Source: Candidatus Buchananbacteria bacterium RIFCSPLOWO2_01_FULL_39_33 (GTDB lineage Bacteria > Patescibacteriota > Patescibacteriia > 2-01-FULL-39-33). From it: 64,000 nt of DNA. A model generated the notes under the pieces. The model ran no database searches. It had not been told where the DNA came from and saw only the letters and a program-made list of their open reading frames with translations. Each line of letters starts with the position of its first letter. Position 1 is the first letter of the stretch. The DNA is taken from contig MHIM01000034.1 in NCBI GenBank assembly GCA_001817505.1, positions 51,005-115,004 of the forward strand, read 5' to 3'. Shown here in pieces: positions 59,432-64,000 of this stretch. Made by a program: the position numbers and the translations under genes.

Positions 59432-60679
59432 ATGAATTTTTTGCCAGTACAATTAGCTTGGAAATCGCTTCGAGTCCATCGGGGCCGGACTTTTTTGACG
59501 GTTTTAGGAATTATTATCGGCATTTCAGCGGTGATTATTGTAATGTCGGCCGGCGAGAGCCTTAAAAGTTTGGTTTTAAGCGAGTTTGAGTCATTTGGCA
59601 CCGACTTTATCCAGGTGGAAATTAAAGTGCCAACGGCTAAAAAAAATTCCGTGGCTAATGCCGGCGGCTTAGCCCAAGGCATTCAAATAACCACTTTAAA
59701 AAACCAGGATGCTGAAGATATCGGCCGACTTAATAATGTTAAAAATTATGGCGGCGGCCTGATGGGCCAGGCTGTCATCTCTTATCTTAATGAGAATAAG
59801 GTTATCAATTATTTGGGCAGTTCAGCTACTACTTTAGAAATAATGGGAATTGAAATTGAACGCGGCCGATCTTACAGCGCTGAAGACGACGATCAATTAG
59901 CCAAAACGGTTATTATCGGGTCAAAAGTCGCCACTGACTTGTTCGGCAATGATGACCCTTTAGGCAAAAGTATTAAAATCGGCAAAATCAGATTTCGCGT
60001 TATCGGCGTAGCCAAGGAAAAGGGGATGAGCTTCGGTTTAAATTATGATGAAATGGTTTATCTGCCCCTGCAAACTGCCCAAAAGCTTTTAATGGGCATT
60101 GATTACCTGATGTTTATCACTGTCAGAGTTTTTGATACCAAGGCCATAGAAGCCACTGCCAGCGAAATAGAGAACTTATTAAGGACCAATCATGAAATTA
60201 CCGAGGCCAAGGATGATGATTTCGCAGTGACAACAGCCACTGAGGCCTTGGCTATGATTAACACGGTTTTTGGCGGCCTGACGCTACTACTAGTGGCTAT
60301 TGCCGGCATCTCGCTTTTAGTCGGCGGCGTAGGCATTATGAATATTATGTATGTTTCAGTCACCGAAAGGACATTTGAAATCGGTTTGAGAAAATCATTG
60401 GGCGCCAAGAAAAAACAGATTTTATGGCAATTCTTGTGGGAGGCGATAGTCGTGACCATGTTTGGCGGCCTGATCGGCATTATTATCGGAGTGACTATTA
60501 CTTTCTTAATCAGTTTCATCGCTGCTCAAATCGGTTTTTCTTGGGATTTTGTTTTGCCACCGCAATCTGTTATAATAGCTTTCTTATTTTCTACAATGGT
60601 CGGGCTTATTTTTGGTTATTACCCGGCGCAGAAAGCCGCCGCTCTGGATCCTATTGCCGCTCTTAGGTATGAAAAATAA
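59432..60679 (+). CDS. Second ABC transporter permease of the MacB/FtsX type.
   Basis: Same architecture as the 58150 ORF and about 35% similar to it. Confidence 0.85.
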   Translation: MNFLPVQLAWKSLRVHRGRTFLTVLGIIIGISAVIIVMSAGESLKSLVLSEFESFGTDFIQVEIKVPTAKKNSVANAGGLAQGIQITTLKNQDAEDIGRLNNVKNYGGGLMGQAVISYLNENKVINYLGSSATTLEIMGIEIERGRSYSAEDDDQLAKTVIIGSKVATDLFGNDDPLGKSIKIGKIRFRVIGVAKEKGMSFGLNYDEMVYLPLQTAQKLLMGIDYLMFITVRVFDTKAIEATASEIENLLRTNHEITEAKDDDFAVTTATEALAMINTVFGGLTLLLVAIAGISLLVGGVGIMNIMYVSVTERTFEIGLRKSLGAKKKQILWQFLWEAIVVTMFGGLIGIIIGVTITFLISFIAAQIGFSWDFVLPPQSVIIAFLFSTMVGLIFGYYPAQKAAALDPIAALRYEK

Positions 60680-60722
60680 TTAGATAGTAGATTGTAGTAT
60701 TTAATAATCTAACAAGCTAAAT

Positions 60723-61886
60723 ATGCTGCCAATTCAGCCCTTATCAATTTTTAAGAGAACCGATTGGTTGCTTTCAACAGTTATTATTTTACTAGCTGTG
60801 TTTGGTTTAGCGGCTATTTATAGCATAGCTTTAAGCCAGAATTTAGGCTTAACTGATTTATCAGCGTCAGCCGGGGAGATGACGGGTGAATTTTTAAATT
60901 TTAAAAAACAACTGGCTTGGCTGATAATCGGTCTGGCGCTGATGTTCTTTTTTGCTAATTTTGATTATCATTATCTTCAAAAAGTAAGTTGGTTGGGCTA
61001 TTTATTATCTCTAATTCTGCTGGTTTTGGTTTTAACGCCGCTGGGCTCCACTCTTCGTGGCACCCGGGGCTGGTTTTCTTTTGGTCCTTTAACTTTTCAA
61101 CCAGTTGAATTAACTAAAGTTTTTTTGATAATAGTTTTGGCTGATATTTATTGTCGCTGGTCTCGGATTATAAACCAGTTCAAACATCTTCTTTTAATCG
61201 GCCTGGTGGTTTTTATACCGTTTGTTCTAACTCTAATTCAGCCGGATTTCGGTTCAGCTATGGTTTTATTTTTTACCTGGCTGATTTCCTTTTTTTTAGT
61301 GACTAAAAATAAATGGCATTTGGTTTTTATTCTTAGCTCAATTATCTTGTTATTTTTGACATCTTGGTTTTTTGTTTTTGCCGATTATCAAAAAGACAGG
61401 ATTAGAACTTTTGTCAATCCGGCGCTGGATCCTTTAGGTAGTGGTTATAATGTTCAACAGTCAATTATTGCTGTGGGCGCCGGCCGACTGGCCGGCCGAG
61501 GTCTGGGCTTTGGTTCGCAGAGCCAATTAAAATTCATACCGGAAAGCCAAACCGATTTTATTTTTTCGGTCATAGCCGAAGAATTGGGATTTATCGGAGT
61601 AATAATGGTTCTCGGTTTTTTTGTTTTTTTGTTTTATCGGCTTTATAAAATAGCCCTGACTGCCCCTGATGATTTCGGTCTGTTTTTAGTTATTTTGGTA
61701 GCGATATTGATATTTATCCAGGTCTTTATTAACATCGGCATGAATATCGGACTTTTGCCGGTTACTGGTATTTCTTTACCTTTTGTTTCTTATGGCGGCA
61801 GTTTTATAATTGTTATGCTAATCTTGGTCGGTTTGGTGATGAATGTTTATAAATCAGGTCTGATATCCAGAAGGCAGAAAATCTGA
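60723..61886 (+). CDS. SEDS-family peptidoglycan glycosyltransferase, FtsW/RodA.
   Basis: Ten TM helices and the conserved IPESQTDFIFS..EELGF motif. Confidence 0.85.
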   Translation: MLPIQPLSIFKRTDWLLSTVIILLAVFGLAAIYSIALSQNLGLTDLSASAGEMTGEFLNFKKQLAWLIIGLALMFFFANFDYHYLQKVSWLGYLLSLILLVLVLTPLGSTLRGTRGWFSFGPLTFQPVELTKVFLIIVLADIYCRWSRIINQFKHLLLIGLVVFIPFVLTLIQPDFGSAMVLFFTWLISFFLVTKNKWHLVFILSSIILLFLTSWFFVFADYQKDRIRTFVNPALDPLGSGYNVQQSIIAVGAGRLAGRGLGFGSQSQLKFIPESQTDFIFSVIAEELGFIGVIMVLGFFVFLFYRLYKIALTAPDDFGLFLVILVAILIFIQVFINIGMNIGLLPVTGISLPFVSYGGSFIIVMLILVGLVMNVYKSGLISRRQKI

Positions 61887-61908
61887 ATTTGCTTTACCGC
61901 CATTTAAT

Positions 61909-62280
61909 GTGTTATTATATAAACAAAATATGCATGATATTATACCGCCCAACAACCGCCCGCCGTCGGAAGAGGGTTTGAAAATGATCAGCCATTGTCC
62001 GGTTTGCCATTACAGCAATACAGCTATTGAGGCCAAAATTATTGAGGAAAACGACAATGCTCATCTGATTTACATCAAATGCCGAAGATGCCAGTCGGCG
62101 GTTTTAGCGCTTTTTTCAGCCAGTGGTTTTGGCCTTAGTTCTATTGGAATAATCACTGATTTTGACAGCCAGGAAATCGCCAAATTCAAAGAATTATCCA
62201 AGGTAGACAGTGATGATGTCCTTTTGGTTTATCAGCATTTGTTGAAAGATGAACAACTTATTGAAACCATGTCATTTTAG
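61909..62280 (+). CDS. Hypothetical 123-aa zinc-ribbon protein.
   Basis: CPVC...CRRC pair of CxxC motifs. Confidence 0.4.
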   Translation: MLLYKQNMHDIIPPNNRPPSEEGLKMISHCPVCHYSNTAIEAKIIEENDNAHLIYIKCRRCQSAVLALFSASGFGLSSIGIITDFDSQEIAKFKELSKVDSDDVLLVYQHLLKDEQLIETMSF

Positions 62281-62389
62281 GTTTAAAGTTGTAATGATTG
62301 TTAAACAGCGGTCAAACCGCCTGGGTCTTGACTTCTTTGCTTTTTAGGACTAAATTAAAATGAACTTAAAGTTAATCAATTATTGAATT

Positions 62390-63049
62390 ATGACTCTTAA
62401 ATTAAAGGCGCAGATTAGGGATTTATTGGGTAAAAAAGTCAGAGCTGTCAGGCAAGACGGCAAAATTCCAGCGGTTGTCTACGGCCATGGAATGCCGAAT
62501 AAGAATTTAGAATTGGTTTATCATGATTTTGATAAAGTTTTCAAAGAGGGCGGAGAAAGCACTATTATTGATTTGGCTATTGATGGCCAGCCAACAGCCA
62601 AAGTGATTATTTCTGACGTGCAAGCTGATCCGGTGAGCGGCCGCTATCATCATGTTGATTTCCATCAAATTAAAATGGATGAAAAAATCCATGCCACTGT
62701 TGAATTGAAATTTGTCGGCGAGGCCAAAGCGGTGAAAGAATTTGATGGCGTCTTGGTTCACAATATCAGCGAATTGGAAATCAAATGTTTGCCGGCCGAC
62801 TTAGTGGGAGAAATTGAAGTTGATGTTTCGCAATTAGACACCTTTGACGAGGTGGTAACCATTAGTGATTTGAATATTTCCAAAGATATTGAAATTATCG
62901 GCCATGAGCCGGCTGATGTGGTGGCTATTGTGGCTCGGCCTAGAGAAGAAGAGAAAGAGGAAGTAGCCGCTGAACAACCGGCCGCTGAAGCTACTGCCGC
63001 TGCCGGTGGAGAAAAAGCCGAAGAAGAACGGGAATCGGAAACCAAATAA
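62390..63049 (+). CDS. rplY: 50S ribosomal protein L25 / general stress protein Ctc.
   Basis: N-terminal L25 domain (R...GK.PAVVYG), an acidic C-terminal tail and 219 aa are typical of Ctc-type L25. Confidence 0.85.
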   Translation: MTLKLKAQIRDLLGKKVRAVRQDGKIPAVVYGHGMPNKNLELVYHDFDKVFKEGGESTIIDLAIDGQPTAKVIISDVQADPVSGRYHHVDFHQIKMDEKIHATVELKFVGEAKAVKEFDGVLVHNISELEIKCLPADLVGEIEVDVSQLDTFDEVVTISDLNISKDIEIIGHEPADVVAIVARPREEEKEEVAAEQPAAEATAAAGGEKAEEERESETK

Positions 63050-63051
63050 AA

Positions 63052-64000
63052 ATGAAAGAATCGGTCAAGATCCAAATAGCAATAGCCGCCTGGCTTTTAA
63101 TAATGGGCGGCTTTTTTGCTTATTTTATTTGTTACCAGGTTTTTAATAATTTAGATTCAGTTCCGGCTAACCAAGAAATAGTCAATGAAGAAATTTTTTA
63201 CAGCCAATTAAATGGTTTAGAAGTTGATAAAGATAATAAAGATTTTTTGCCGGCGGCAGTCATGATAGAAAACCATATTGAATCCCGACCGCCGTCAGGT
63301 TTGGCCCAGGCCAAGATTGTTTATGAAATTTTAACCGAAGCGACTATTACTAGATTTCTGGCGATTTATGATTTGTCGGAGAATTTGGAGAAAATTGGAC
63401 CGGTTAGGTCGACCCGGCCTTATTTTATTGATTTGGCTTTGGAATACGGAGCGCTTTATGCTCATTCCGGCGGCAGTCCGGCAGCGCTTGAGCGCTTAAA
63501 AGATGACGATTCAATTTCTAATCTTGATGAATTTTTTGGCTATAATTCCGGTTATTTTTGGCGCGACAACCAAAGATCAGCGCCGCATAATCTTTATACC
63601 TCTTCTTTATTGTTATCAAAGGCCAAAGACAATTATCAATTCCAGGACAAATCGGATTTTATTTCTTGGAAATTTAAAGATGGCTGGTCAGCCGGCCAGG
63701 ACGGTTCAGAAATTAAAATAAATTATTCCCCGACTCTTTCTTATCAAGTGGTCTGGAAATATCTAAAAAGTTCCAATAAGTATGAGCGTTGGCAAGCCAA
63801 CAAGCGCCATATTGATGAAGAGGGGAATATTATTGAGGCCGATAATGTGATTATCCAGTCTACTAAAACCCAAACTTTGGATGAAATTGGGCGAAAAGAC
63901 ATTGATTTAATAGGCGAAGGCCAAGCGCTGATTTTTCGCGACGGTTTAGCTATAAAAGGCCAGTGGTCTAAAGACAGCGTTACAACTCGAACTATTTTTT
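63052..64000 (+). CDS. DUF3048-domain (YerB-like) membrane-anchored protein. 3'-truncated by the window end.
   Basis: Open frame with no stop from ATG 63052 to the end. Motifs AVMIENH...AKIVYE.L.E..ITRFLAIY...GPVRSTRPYF are typical of DUF3048. Confidence 0.55.
   Translation, partial: MKESVKIQIAIAAWLLIMGGFFAYFICYQVFNNLDSVPANQEIVNEEIFYSQLNGLEVDKDNKDFLPAAVMIENHIESRPPSGLAQAKIVYEILTEATITRFLAIYDLSENLEKIGPVRSTRPYFIDLALEYGALYAHSGGSPAALERLKDDDSISNLDEFFGYNSGYFWRDNQRSAPHNLYTSSLLLSKAKDNYQFQDKSDFISWKFKDGWSAGQDGSEIKINYSPTLSYQVVWKYLKSSNKYERWQANKRHIDEEGNIIEADNVIIQSTKTQTLDEIGRKDIDLIGEGQALIFRDGLAIKGQWSKDSVTTRTIF

Overview
This 64-kb window is AT-rich, gene-dense and mostly coded on the + strand. The gene content and architecture fit a small-genome Patescibacteria/CPR-type bacterium; this is an inference, not a database result. 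Supporting observations are a short ProRS, tandem iPGM paralogs, DUF4012 and four-helix-bundle proteins, and AT-rich palindromic intergenic spacers.

Housekeeping content:
- Replication and transcription: dnaX, holB, gyrB, greA.
- Cell shape and wall: two mreB paralogs, mreC, mreD, PBP2 (mrdA), a SEDS FtsW/RodA protein and RseP.
- Heat-shock regulon: CIRCE-hrcA-grpE, then hsp20, dnaK, a DUF3467-like ORF and dnaJ.
- Translation and RNA: frr, proS, rplY/ctc, tRNA-Gln(CTG) and tRNA-Glu(CTC).
- Metabolism and transport: a P-type ATPase, a CrtI-like oxidoreductase, tandem gpmI genes and a MacAB-like efflux set (adaptor, ATPase, two FtsX permeases).
- Envelope glycan cluster: a processive GT2 synthase, two GT2, a DUF4012 protein and a GT4.

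Most notable findings:
1. A diversity-generating-retroelement (DGR) signature. A 111-bp Asn-codon (AAC/AAT)-rich template-like repeat sits at 29345-29455. It matches the 3' ends of two paralogous small genes (28389-29000 and 53970-54539), and the mismatches are concentrated at template adenines. No reverse transcriptase is present in the window.
2. A TasA/camelysin-like plus SipW-type signal peptidase locus (7258-12868). It includes a lamin-tail-domain protein and an FN3-like membrane protein.
3. A 186-nt highly structured element in two copies (284-469 and 19082-19267), with compensatory stem substitutions between the copies.
4. Several families of intergenic palindromic repeats. One is a conserved AATTTCTAATTT...AAATTAGAAATT module placed directly upstream of start codons at five loci. 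Another is a GC-rich 20-nt palindrome, CCTGCCTGCCGGCAGGCAGG, at six or more sites, one of them in frame inside a CDS.
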